NCBI GenBank assembly: GCA_036382515.1
Contig: DASVHQ010000009.1
Span: 28,260 to 92,259 of the forward strand
DNA from: Polyangiales bacterium
Lineage (GTDB): Bacteria > Myxococcota_A > Polyangia > Polyangiales > JAFGIB01
Length of the DNA stretch: 64,000 nt
Direction of reading: 5' to 3'
The stretch's first letter is position 1. Each line of letters begins with the position of its first letter. Position numbers and translations under genes: made by a program. The notes under the pieces are model-generated. The model ran no database searches, had not been told where the DNA came from, and saw nothing but the letters and a program-made list of their open reading frames with translations. Positions 40,032-50,581 of this stretch are shown piece after piece.

Positions 40032-40705
40032 CAGCCGCGACTCCTTTCGCGGTGCTCGCGACGATAGCTCGCGAGCGACACGGGTTCTTCTGCTTTGGAT
40101 CCTGCGACTGCGGTCTGCGGCGCCTTGGCTACCTGCAGCCCGAGGCTCTCGCCGTGCTCGGCCAAGCGCTGCTGCAGCGTGCGGCGAGCGCGATGCAGCC
40201 GCGACATGACGGTGCCGATCGGGCAGCCGACGACCTCGGCGATCTCCTTGTAGCTTAGCTCCTCGACGTCGGCGAGGATCACCACCGTTCGGTGATCGTC
40301 AGGCAACTCGGCCAGCGCCGCCTGCAGCTCGCGCGCGACGACCGGCCGCAGCGCATCCTCCTGCGGTTCCATGAGCGCACGCAGAGCGCCGCGCCCGATC
40401 GTGGCTTCGCCCGCCGGCTCGTGGCTCATCGACTCGGCGATGGCGTGCTCTTTCACGTGGCGGCGATACTTGTTCACGAACGAGTTGAACTGGATGCGCA
40501 GGAGCCACGCCTTGAGGTTCGAGCCGCGCTCGAAGCGTTCGTAGAAACGCAGCGCCTTGACGAAGGTGTCCTGCACCAGATCCTCGGCATCGGCCGGCGA
40601 ACGCGTCAGGCGCAGAGCATGCGCGTAGAGCGTGTCGAGGTACTGCAGGGCGTCGGCCTCGAACTCGCGCTGTTGTTTGCTCTTTTGCGGTTGGAACCAG
40701 CCCAT
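40031..40705 (-). CDS. ECF-type RNA polymerase sigma factor
   Basis: Trimmed to MGWFQPQ. DAEDLVQDTFVKALRFYERF..AWLLRIQFNSFVNKYR (region 2). LSYKEIAEVVGCPIGTVMSRLHRAR (region 4). Confidence 0.85.
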   Translation of the reverse strand: MGWFQPQKSKQQREFEADALQYLDTLYAHALRLTRSPADAEDLVQDTFVKALRFYERFERGSNLKAWLLRIQFNSFVNKYRRHVKEHAIAESMSHEPAGEATIGRGALRALMEPQEDALRPVVARELQAALAELPDDHRTVVILADVEELSYKEIAEVVGCPIGTVMSRLHRARRTLQQRLAEHGESLGLQVAKAPQTAVAGSKAEEPVSLASYRREHRERSRG

Positions 40706-40814
40706 GCGTCCTCTTGTGTAGCTCAACCGTGCGCGAGGCCCAGGTATTTCATGCTTGCCCATCCGTATCGCACACGATACTAGTCACGCGGGCCAGGTCG
40801 AGGCAGGATTAGCC

Positions 40815-41555
40815 ATGCTGTCGGCCGAGGAGCAGACCGATCTGCTGGCCAAGCGCATTGCGGCGATCCTGGATCCAGGCGTGCGGGCCGCGTACGTGCG
40901 CCATACGCTGCTGGGACTGGCAGCGGCGGACGTCGCCGACGTGTTGATCGTGACCCGAGCGCATGCCGAGGCGCACAGCCCGCGCCACGAGAGCTTGCTG
41001 ACCGCCCTCTCCCTCGCCCTCGCCGACGAAGCCTGCGCAGCCCTGCGGCAGACCGTGGCCGCCCTGCTCGAGGTGCGCGATCAACGGAGCTTGGCCCGCA
41101 GTCTGCGACGCGATGCGGCCGAAGGCGAAGACGACGCGCAGCGTGTTCCAGACTTCGGCATGGGGCGCACTGTCACGCTCGGCGAGCGCAAGTCGCTGGC
41201 GCGGCGGCGGGATCGCGAGCTGATCTCGCGCGTGATCCGAGATCCCCATCCGGACGTGATCCGGATCCTGCTCCTGAACCCGCGCTTGACGGAGAACGAC
41301 GTGCTGCGGCTGTGCGCGCGACGACCGGTGGCGAGCGACGCGCTGCGCGAGGTCTTCCGCTGCCAGCGCTGGATCGTGCGCTATGCGATCCGCCTGGCGC
41401 TGATCCTGAACCCGTACACGCCGCTCGATGTCGCACTGCAGCTCACGCCGTTGTTGCACGACCAAGACCTGCGACGCGTGCTGGAGGCCGCGGATCTACC
41501 GCGCGAGTTGCACGCGGCCTGCCGACGGCGAGCCGAAGAGGGCGTGCTGCACTGA
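40815..41555 (+). CDS. hypothetical protein with LRV-like helical repeats
   Basis: Trimmed to MLSAEEQ. DPHPDVIRILLLNPRLTENDVLRL-type repeats. No enzyme motif. Confidence 0.45.
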   Translation: MLSAEEQTDLLAKRIAAILDPGVRAAYVRHTLLGLAAADVADVLIVTRAHAEAHSPRHESLLTALSLALADEACAALRQTVAALLEVRDQRSLARSLRRDAAEGEDDAQRVPDFGMGRTVTLGERKSLARRRDRELISRVIRDPHPDVIRILLLNPRLTENDVLRLCARRPVASDALREVFRCQRWIVRYAIRLALILNPYTPLDVALQLTPLLHDQDLRRVLEAADLPRELHAACRRRAEEGVLH

Positions 41556-41573
41556 CGGACGCGCCGCGCAGGG

Positions 41574-41623
41574 GCGTCGTCACGCGTCGTCACGTGTCGT
41601 CAAGCGTCGTCGTGGTCGTCGGA
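41574..41623. repeat. five tandem, degenerating copies of the decamer GCGTCGTCAC spanning the tatA stop codon
   Basis: gcgtcgtcac gcgtcgtcac gtgtcgtcaa gcgtcgtcgt ggtcgtcgga. Units 4-5 encode the acidic TatA tail (DDHDDA). Units 1-3 lie 3' of the stop (41600-41602). Confidence 0.8.
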
Positions 41624-41839
41624 TAGCTCGGCATCGCTGACGTCGGCTTCGTGACCGCGCGTCTTCGGTGAGCCCAGCTTGGTCACTTCAATGTCGTCGT
41701 TCTGTGCCATGCCGCGCTTGAAGCGGCGGATGGTCTTGCCGACCGTCTCCCCCAGCTGCGGCAAACGCGAAGCACCGAAGACCAACACCAGGAGCATCAG
41801 GATGACGATGAGCTCGGGTAATCCGATGTTGCTGCACAT
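41600..41839 (-). CDS. tatA: Sec-independent translocase subunit TatA/E
   Basis: Trimmed to MCSNIGLPELIVILMLLVLVFGASRLPQLG (TM + FG hinge + amphipathic helix). 79 aa. Confidence 0.85.
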   Translation of the reverse strand: MCSNIGLPELIVILMLLVLVFGASRLPQLGETVGKTIRRFKRGMAQNDDIEVTKLGSPKTRGHEADVSDAELSDDHDDA

Positions 41840-41935
41840 GGTCCGGTACGCGCCCGCTGCAAGAACCGCGCAGAGCGTACGTGCGGCCGGAGGTGACGGC
41901 AAGGCTCGGCTGGCGGATACTGCGGCCGTCCGACC

Positions 41936-42721
41936 ATGCGCCCCATTGCCGAGATCGACCCGCAAGCATGCCGAGCGCTCCAGGGCGTCGTCTTCGACGT
42001 CGACGACACCCTGACGCGCGGCGGACGACTGGAGGCCGAAGCGTACGCGGCCCTGTGGGCGCTGCAGCGCGCCGGGCTTCTGCTCGTGGCGGTGACGGGC
42101 CGACCGATTGGGTTCGCCGAGCTGATGGCGCGACAGTGGCCGGTGAATCTGGCCGTCGGGGAAAACGGTGCGGGCTACGTGCGGGTCACCGAGCGCGAGC
42201 TGCGGGTCGGCTTCTTCGAAGACGATGCCGCGCGTGGCCGAGAGCGCGAGCTGCTACAACGGGTCGCGGCGCGCATGCGCGTTGAAGCACCGTGGGCGCA
42301 AGTGACCGACGACCACTGGGCGCGACGCTGTGACCTCGCCTTCGACGTCGGCGAGCGCGTCACGCTGTCGGCCGAGCAGATCGAGCAGGTCGTGCGCGTG
42401 ATGCAGGCTGAGGGCGCGCGTACGGTGGTCTCGAGCGTGCATGCGCACGCGATGCTCGGAAGCTACGACAAGGCGTCGGGCGTGGTGCGCGCGTGCCAGC
42501 GTGAGCTGAACGTGGACCTTGCGGTCGAGCGTGCACGCTGGCTGTTCGTGGGCGATAGCGGCAACGACGCGGCCGCGTTCGCGTTCTTCCCGCTGAGTGC
42601 GGCGGTGGCGAACGTCACGCCGCATCTTGCGCGGCTGCCCGTGGCGCCCGCCTACGTGAGCGAGGCGGATCGCGGACTTGGCTTTGCGGAAATCGCTCGC
42701 ACGGTCCTGGAGCGGCGCTGA
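41936..42721 (+). CDS. HAD-superfamily (IIB/Cof-like) phosphatase
   Basis: VVFDVDDTLT (DxDxT), VTGRP, GDSGNDAAAF motifs. Confidence 0.75.
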   Translation: MRPIAEIDPQACRALQGVVFDVDDTLTRGGRLEAEAYAALWALQRAGLLLVAVTGRPIGFAELMARQWPVNLAVGENGAGYVRVTERELRVGFFEDDAARGRERELLQRVAARMRVEAPWAQVTDDHWARRCDLAFDVGERVTLSAEQIEQVVRVMQAEGARTVVSSVHAHAMLGSYDKASGVVRACQRELNVDLAVERARWLFVGDSGNDAAAFAFFPLSAAVANVTPHLARLPVAPAYVSEADRGLGFAEIARTVLERR

Positions 42722-42722
42722 C

Positions 42723-43226
42723 GTGAGCACGAGCGCGACGACGGCACGCCTCGCCGTGCGCTGGCCGCGACCGGTGCGGCTCGCGCTGGTGTCGAGCGCG
42801 GCTGCGTGCGCCGCGCTCGGTGTGGCGCTGGCCAGCACGGCCGCGCCAAGCGAGGCCGCGCTGCGCGAACGCAGCCTGACACAGAGCCCGGAGCGCGTGG
42901 CCGAAGCCTTCATCGTGGCCTACGACGCTCGCGAGTACGCGCGCGCCGCGGCCGTGGCGAGCGAACCTTTGCAGGCGCGCCTGCGGGCACGCGCGCGCCG
43001 CACGGCCGGCGCGCAAGCGCGTGCGAACGCGCAGGAGAGTAGCTTCGTGATCGAGGAGAGCTACTTCCTTTCGGAAGGACGACTGCGACTGCTCGGCGAG
43101 CTCACGCGTGCCGGTGCGCAACAGACGACGGGGTGGCCTGTGGCGATCCTGGTCGGCCGACACGGCGACCGCTTCCTCGTGGAAAACGTGACCTGGCCCA
43201 AAGGGCCGTTGCCGGAGACGCCATGA
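42723..43226 (+). CDS. hypothetical exported protein
   Basis: GTG 42723 lies immediately after the HAD stop. Hydrophobic N-terminus (LALVSSAAACAALGVALA). The stop overlaps the next gene start (ATGA). Confidence 0.4.
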   Translation: MSTSATTARLAVRWPRPVRLALVSSAAACAALGVALASTAAPSEAALRERSLTQSPERVAEAFIVAYDAREYARAAAVASEPLQARLRARARRTAGAQARANAQESSFVIEESYFLSEGRLRLLGELTRAGAQQTTGWPVAILVGRHGDRFLVENVTWPKGPLPETP

Positions 43227-44041
43227 CTCGCAGCAAGAGCACGACGAAAGCCGCAGGACTGGAGCGCGGGAGTCGCGCGCTCTACGAGCGCCCGCGCTAC
43301 TACGACCACGCCTATCGCACGCTCAAAGCCGATGTCGCTTTCTACACTGAGCTCGCACGCGACAGCGGCGGACCCGTGCTCGAGTTGGGCGCGGGGACCG
43401 GACGCATCACGCTCGGAATCGCGCGCGCGGGCGTGGACGTGGTGGGGCTCGACCAGTCTGCGGCGATGCTGGCGCGGGCGAAGGAGCGCATAGCGAGCTT
43501 GCCGGCCGAGGCGCGCCAGCACATCGAGCTGCGGCAAGGGGACCTGCGCAAGGTGCGGCTGCGTCGGCGGTTTGCGCTGGTCATCGCGCCGTTCAACCTC
43601 TTCATGCACATGTTCACGCGCGCCGACATCGAGCAGGCGCTGGCCACCGTGCAGGCGCACCTGGCACCGCGTGGGCGCTTCGCCATGGATGTACTGATGC
43701 CGGACCTCGGCACTCTGCGGCGCGACCCGGAGCGCGTGTATCGCTGTCGGCCCGTATTCGATCCGACCGATGGCAAGCGCTACGCCTACGGGGAGTCGTT
43801 CGACTACGATTCCGTCAGCCAGGTGCAGACCGTGCGCATGATGTTCCAGCGCATCGACCGCCCCGAGCTCGACCACACCACGCCGCTGTGCCTGCGCTTC
43901 TACTTCCCCGAGGAGCTGCTGGCGCTCTTGCACTACAACGGGTTTACGCTAGAGCAACGCTTCGGGGGCTTCGACAAGAGTCCGTTCACCGAACAAAGCG
44001 ACAACCAGGTTCTGGTCGCGCGCCCGAGCCGGCGGCGCTAG
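43223..44041 (+). CDS. class I SAM-dependent methyltransferase
   Basis: Motif I VLELGAGTGRITL, then VVGLDQS...APFNLFMH. Confidence 0.8.
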   Translation: MTRSKSTTKAAGLERGSRALYERPRYYDHAYRTLKADVAFYTELARDSGGPVLELGAGTGRITLGIARAGVDVVGLDQSAAMLARAKERIASLPAEARQHIELRQGDLRKVRLRRRFALVIAPFNLFMHMFTRADIEQALATVQAHLAPRGRFAMDVLMPDLGTLRRDPERVYRCRPVFDPTDGKRYAYGESFDYDSVSQVQTVRMMFQRIDRPELDHTTPLCLRFYFPEELLALLHYNGFTLEQRFGGFDKSPFTEQSDNQVLVARPSRRR

Positions 44042-44060
44042 CCACGCACAGGAAACGAAC

Positions 44061-45074
44061 ATGCAAGACCGTCTGCTCTTCGTCATCTCACCCCCGCGCG
44101 CCGGCTCGACGCTGTTGCAGCGCATGCTCGGCTCGCACTCGGAGATCTTCACCTACCCCGAGCCGCACCTGATCACGCCGCTCGCCTACCTGGGCTATCA
44201 CGACCTGGTCGACCGCGCGCCGTACGATCACATCAACGCCGCGGAAGCGATCAAGATCTTCGTGGACGGCCTGCCCAACAAGGAGACGGACTACCTCGAT
44301 GCACTGCGCGCCTACAGCGACACGCTGTACGGCCGCATGCTCGCTCCCACCGGCAAGCGCTACTTCCTCGACAAGACGCCCGCCTACGCGCTGGTACTGC
44401 CCTTTCTCACGCGGCTCTACCCCAACGCGCATTACATCGTGCTCACCCGGCATCCGCTCGCCGTGATGAGCTCGTATGCCAACAGCTTCTTCCATGGTGA
44501 CTGGGCGGAGGCCAACCGCTTCAATCCGATCGCCAATCGCTACGTGGCCGCGATTGCGCACCTGCTGCAGAGCCCGCCCAAGCACATGCTGCAGGTCGGG
44601 TACGAGCAGCTGGTGCGTGACCCTGCCACGCAGCTCGAACGCATGTTCGCGTTCCTCGGCCTCGAAAATCAGCCGTCAGCCGTGAACTACGGCGACAACT
44701 TCGAGGAAACCAAGAAGGGCATGGGCGACCCGATCACCGTCGGCGAACAGAAGCGACCCGTGGATAGCTCGATCGAGAAGTGGGTGGGCGAGCTCGCCGA
44801 AGACGAAAGCAAGCTTGCTCTGGCGTCGGAGATCATCGCCAAGCTCGACCCCGAAGACGTGCGTCTGTGGGGCTTCGACAAAAGCCAGTTGCTAGAGCCT
44901 CTCGAGCGTGCCCGCGCCTCGGGCAAGCTACCCAAGTACAAGAAGCCCAAGAGCAACAACTACGTGTTGCAGCGGCGCATCATGCTCGCCCTGAAGAAGG
45001 ACATCCACGAACGGCCCCACGGCAAGCTCGTGGAGAAAGTCAGATATTACTGCAACGTTTTGTTGCGCGAGTAA
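44061..45074 (+). CDS. sulfotransferase-family protein
   Basis: N-terminal PAPS 5'-phosphosulfate loop FVISPPRAGSTLLQRML, later YIVLTRHPLAVMSS. Confidence 0.7.
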   Translation: MQDRLLFVISPPRAGSTLLQRMLGSHSEIFTYPEPHLITPLAYLGYHDLVDRAPYDHINAAEAIKIFVDGLPNKETDYLDALRAYSDTLYGRMLAPTGKRYFLDKTPAYALVLPFLTRLYPNAHYIVLTRHPLAVMSSYANSFFHGDWAEANRFNPIANRYVAAIAHLLQSPPKHMLQVGYEQLVRDPATQLERMFAFLGLENQPSAVNYGDNFEETKKGMGDPITVGEQKRPVDSSIEKWVGELAEDESKLALASEIIAKLDPEDVRLWGFDKSQLLEPLERARASGKLPKYKKPKSNNYVLQRRIMLALKKDIHERPHGKLVEKVRYYCNVLLRE

Positions 45075-45089
45075 CGCGGCGCTCCGCGA

Positions 45090-47768
<2,679 letters not shown>

Positions 47769-47937
47769 GTCACGGGTCCTTGTCGCCATGTGTTGGCTTG
47801 TTGCAGAACGCTGATTTTCCGGGGATTCTAGAGGGTCTGTGGCGGAAGTTCATAGCAACACACTTCAACGAAACCCGACACCGTGCTACCTAGGAACTGC
47901 CTGGAAGCCTCTAGGTAGCAAGTCTTGGGAGGTGTGT

Positions 47938-49140
47938 GTGGCACAGGTGAAGCTCACCAAAAGGGTCGTCGAAGCCGCGAAACCCGAGACGGCGGAATAC
48001 ACCCTCTGGGACGCCGAGATCAAAGGCTTCGGACTCAAGGTCACACCCACCGGCAAGAAGAACTACTTGCTCTACTACCGAGCCACCGATGGGACGCAGC
48101 GCAAGCCCAAGATCGGCGGCCACGGAGCGCTCACCGTTGACCAGGCGCGCGCCATCGCCCGCAGCATGCTGGCGGCTGTCGCTGCCGGGGCCGACCCTTC
48201 CGCAGCCAGACAAGCGGCGCGGACGGCCCCTACCGTCGCCGACTTGTGCACGATCTTCGAGGTCGAACACGTCGGCAAGAAGAAGGGCGGGACGTCGAGC
48301 CAATACAAGACGATCCTCAAGAACTACATCCGGCCGGCGCTCGGGTCACGCAAGGTTGGGAGCATCACGCGCGATGACATGGCGCAACTCGTGAGCAAGA
48401 TCGGCAAGGAGAAGCCGGTCGCCGCGAACCGCACGAAGGCCGTGGCGTCGGTGATGTTCAAGCTGGCCGAGCGCTGGGGACTGCGACCGCTTGGCTCGAA
48501 CCCTTGCCAGCACATCGATCGGTTCAAGGAGAAGAAGCTGCACCGCGACCTGAGCGAGCTAGAACTCGCGCGCCTCGCCTCGGTGCTGAGCGACGCAGAA
48601 GCCGAGCCGGAACCCGGCCGAGCCAACGTGAGCGAGAAGCCGGACGTGGTGGCGGCCATCCGCTTGATCATGTTCACCGGTTGTCGCCGCAACGAAGTGG
48701 CGAACCTGCGTTGGGACGAAGTGGACCTTGAGCGCGGCCTGCTGCGCCTGCGTGACTCCAAGACCGGCCCCAAGACGATCCAGACCAACCGAGCCGCGCT
48801 CGACATCATCGAGGCGCAGGAGCGCCCGGTCGGCGCCGTGTACGTGTTCCCCGAAGCAAAGAAGCCGGGCCGGCTCAATCGCTCTTGGGAGCGCATCCGC
48901 ACGCGCGCGCAGCTCGGCGACATGCGCTTGCACGACCTGCGGCACAACTTCGCCAGCGCGGCCGCCGGTAGTGGCGCGTCCCTGGTGATGATCGGCAAGC
49001 TCTTGGGCCACGGCAGCTCGGCGACAACGGAGCGTTATGCGCAGCTCCGAGACGATCCCGCCAAGCAGGCATCCGAAGCCGCTGGCGCTGCGATCTCCGC
49101 TGCGATGGCAAAGAAGCCGGGGCTGTCGGTGGTCAAGTGA
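47938..49140 (+). CDS. tyrosine-type site-specific integrase (P4-like, DUF4102-type N-domain)
   Basis: GGGAGG RBS, then GTG 47938. KLTKRVVEAAKP...LWDAEIKGFGLKVTPTGKK N-domain. Catalytic TGCRRNEV, HDLRHNFAS, GHGSSATTERY. Confidence 0.85.
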   Translation: MAQVKLTKRVVEAAKPETAEYTLWDAEIKGFGLKVTPTGKKNYLLYYRATDGTQRKPKIGGHGALTVDQARAIARSMLAAVAAGADPSAARQAARTAPTVADLCTIFEVEHVGKKKGGTSSQYKTILKNYIRPALGSRKVGSITRDDMAQLVSKIGKEKPVAANRTKAVASVMFKLAERWGLRPLGSNPCQHIDRFKEKKLHRDLSELELARLASVLSDAEAEPEPGRANVSEKPDVVAAIRLIMFTGCRRNEVANLRWDEVDLERGLLRLRDSKTGPKTIQTNRAALDIIEAQERPVGAVYVFPEAKKPGRLNRSWERIRTRAQLGDMRLHDLRHNFASAAAGSGASLVMIGKLLGHGSSATTERYAQLRDDPAKQASEAAGAAISAAMAKKPGLSVVK

Positions 49141-49856
49141 CGCAGCGTGGACGGCCGCGCAAGCTGACGCGCGAGCAAGCGCGTAAGACCGCGGAGCGTG
49201 TCTTCACGCAGTGGGAAGCGTTGCCAGAACGGACCAAGGAAATGGACGGCATTTTGCGCCGTCGCCAAGTCCTGATCGAGTACAAGCTCCCCTCTGATGA
49301 TCCGTTCTTCGGGCTTGACCGGCTGCACGCGATCGTTGCCGCGACGGCGCGGAGCAAACGGCCTGATTGGGGCCAAGCGCTTGACCAGTGGCTCACGCCC
49401 AATCGCGAAACGAGCACGCAATGGGCAATCGAAACGCTCGCGGCACTGCTCAAGCAATACGATCCGCGGAAGCGAGACGCGAAGATCAGGCAGCTGTGCG
49501 CCGCCGCCGCAGCGCCCGGCGCCGAGCACATCGACCACGCCTACCAGGTGGCGCTCGATGCTTGCTGGGGCGCGCTCAAACGCAGCGTGGATGAGGGGCA
49601 CGAACCGGCGATCGGACAGGCCGCTTTCGCGGCGCGTTTCCGTGGCCTGCTGGTAGACCACACAGCCAGGCGTGTCGTGCATGACGAACGCCGGAGTCGA
49701 CCGAGCGCCATCGCGCGCACTGTGGTCGCTGCGCTGATCACGCGCAGCACGCCAGAGGCAGTGCGCAAGCGCCAGAAGCGCTCGCCGACGTCGCTTCCGC
49801 CGTTGAACGGATTCGACCGCAAGTGGGTGGTGGTGGGGACAAAGCCGAGCGGCTGA
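49137..49856 (+). CDS. island hypothetical protein
   Basis: GTG overlaps the integrase stop (GTGA). 239 aa. No recognised motif. Confidence 0.4.
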   Translation: MTQRGRPRKLTREQARKTAERVFTQWEALPERTKEMDGILRRRQVLIEYKLPSDDPFFGLDRLHAIVAATARSKRPDWGQALDQWLTPNRETSTQWAIETLAALLKQYDPRKRDAKIRQLCAAAAAPGAEHIDHAYQVALDACWGALKRSVDEGHEPAIGQAAFAARFRGLLVDHTARRVVHDERRSRPSAIARTVVAALITRSTPEAVRKRQKRSPTSLPPLNGFDRKWVVVGTKPSG

Positions 49857-49902
49857 TTTTTGCGTCCGTGTTAGCGTTTTGCGCCCTGCTACACCGTGAT
49901 GC

Positions 49903-50142
49903 ATGGACATCACACCGATGCAGGCATACGCGCCGGACCGGAACCGCACTGTCACGCTGGAGGTGGCAATAGCTGCGCCCTGTGAGGTGCGCACCGTCGC
50001 CCGCGTGCTGAGGGGCGAGCGGGTACGTGGGCACGTCGACGCGCGGATTCGCTGTGGACTTGCGGCTCGCGGTATCGTCGTGCCGCCGTCAGCGGCCCCC
50101 GACCTCGGCTCGACCATGCTCGACCTGAGGGCGAGCCGATGA
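49903..50142 (+). CDS. small island protein (79 aa)
   Basis: First gene of an ATGA-coupled chain. No recognised family. Confidence 0.35.
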   Translation: MDITPMQAYAPDRNRTVTLEVAIAAPCEVRTVARVLRGERVRGHVDARIRCGLAARGIVVPPSAAPDLGSTMLDLRASR

Positions 50143-50381
50143 GCGCGCGCCAGACAGCTGCACCGGCTGCTGACCGCTGGGTCTCGGCCGCCATCGCCGC
50201 GGAGATCTCCGGATTCTCCGAATCCCACCTTGCGCGCCTGCGCATGCAAGGCGCCGGGCCGCGCTACGCGAAGCTCGGTACCGGCAAGCAGGCACACGTG
50301 CGCTACCGCGAGAGCGAGCTACACGCGTGGATGGCGTCGCACCTCGTGGCGAACACCTCCGAGGTGGCGCCGTGTGGATGA
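50139..50381 (+). CDS. AlpA/excisionase-like HTH DNA-binding protein
   Basis: WVSAAIAAEISGFSESHLARLRMQGAGPRYAKLGTGKQAHVRYRESELHAWM matches the AlpA/MerR-type Xis pattern. ATGA overlaps on both sides. Confidence 0.65.
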   Translation: MSARQTAAPAADRWVSAAIAAEISGFSESHLARLRMQGAGPRYAKLGTGKQAHVRYRESELHAWMASHLVANTSEVAPCG

Positions 50382-50581
50382 TCGTCACCCTGCCCGCGGC
50401 TGGCAGGTGCGCGCTGTGCTCGCGCATCCTGGTGGCCGGATCAATCGGCTGCCGCTCTGACGCTGGCGAGCACGCACACTCGGCCTGCGCCATCGGCGAC
50501 GCCAGACGGCGCGCTGGTGAGCGTGTGCAGCTGACACCTGCGCCGCTGCCGCCCGTCGAGCGCCGGAGGGCCAGCGCATGA
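50378..50581 (+). CDS. small putative zinc-ribbon protein (67 aa)
   Basis: ATG 50378 overlaps the alpA-like stop and its own stop overlaps the next start (ATGA). CALC...C...HAHSAC spacing. Confidence 0.4.
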   Translation: MIVTLPAAGRCALCSRILVAGSIGCRSDAGEHAHSACAIGDARRRAGERVQLTPAPLPPVERRRASA

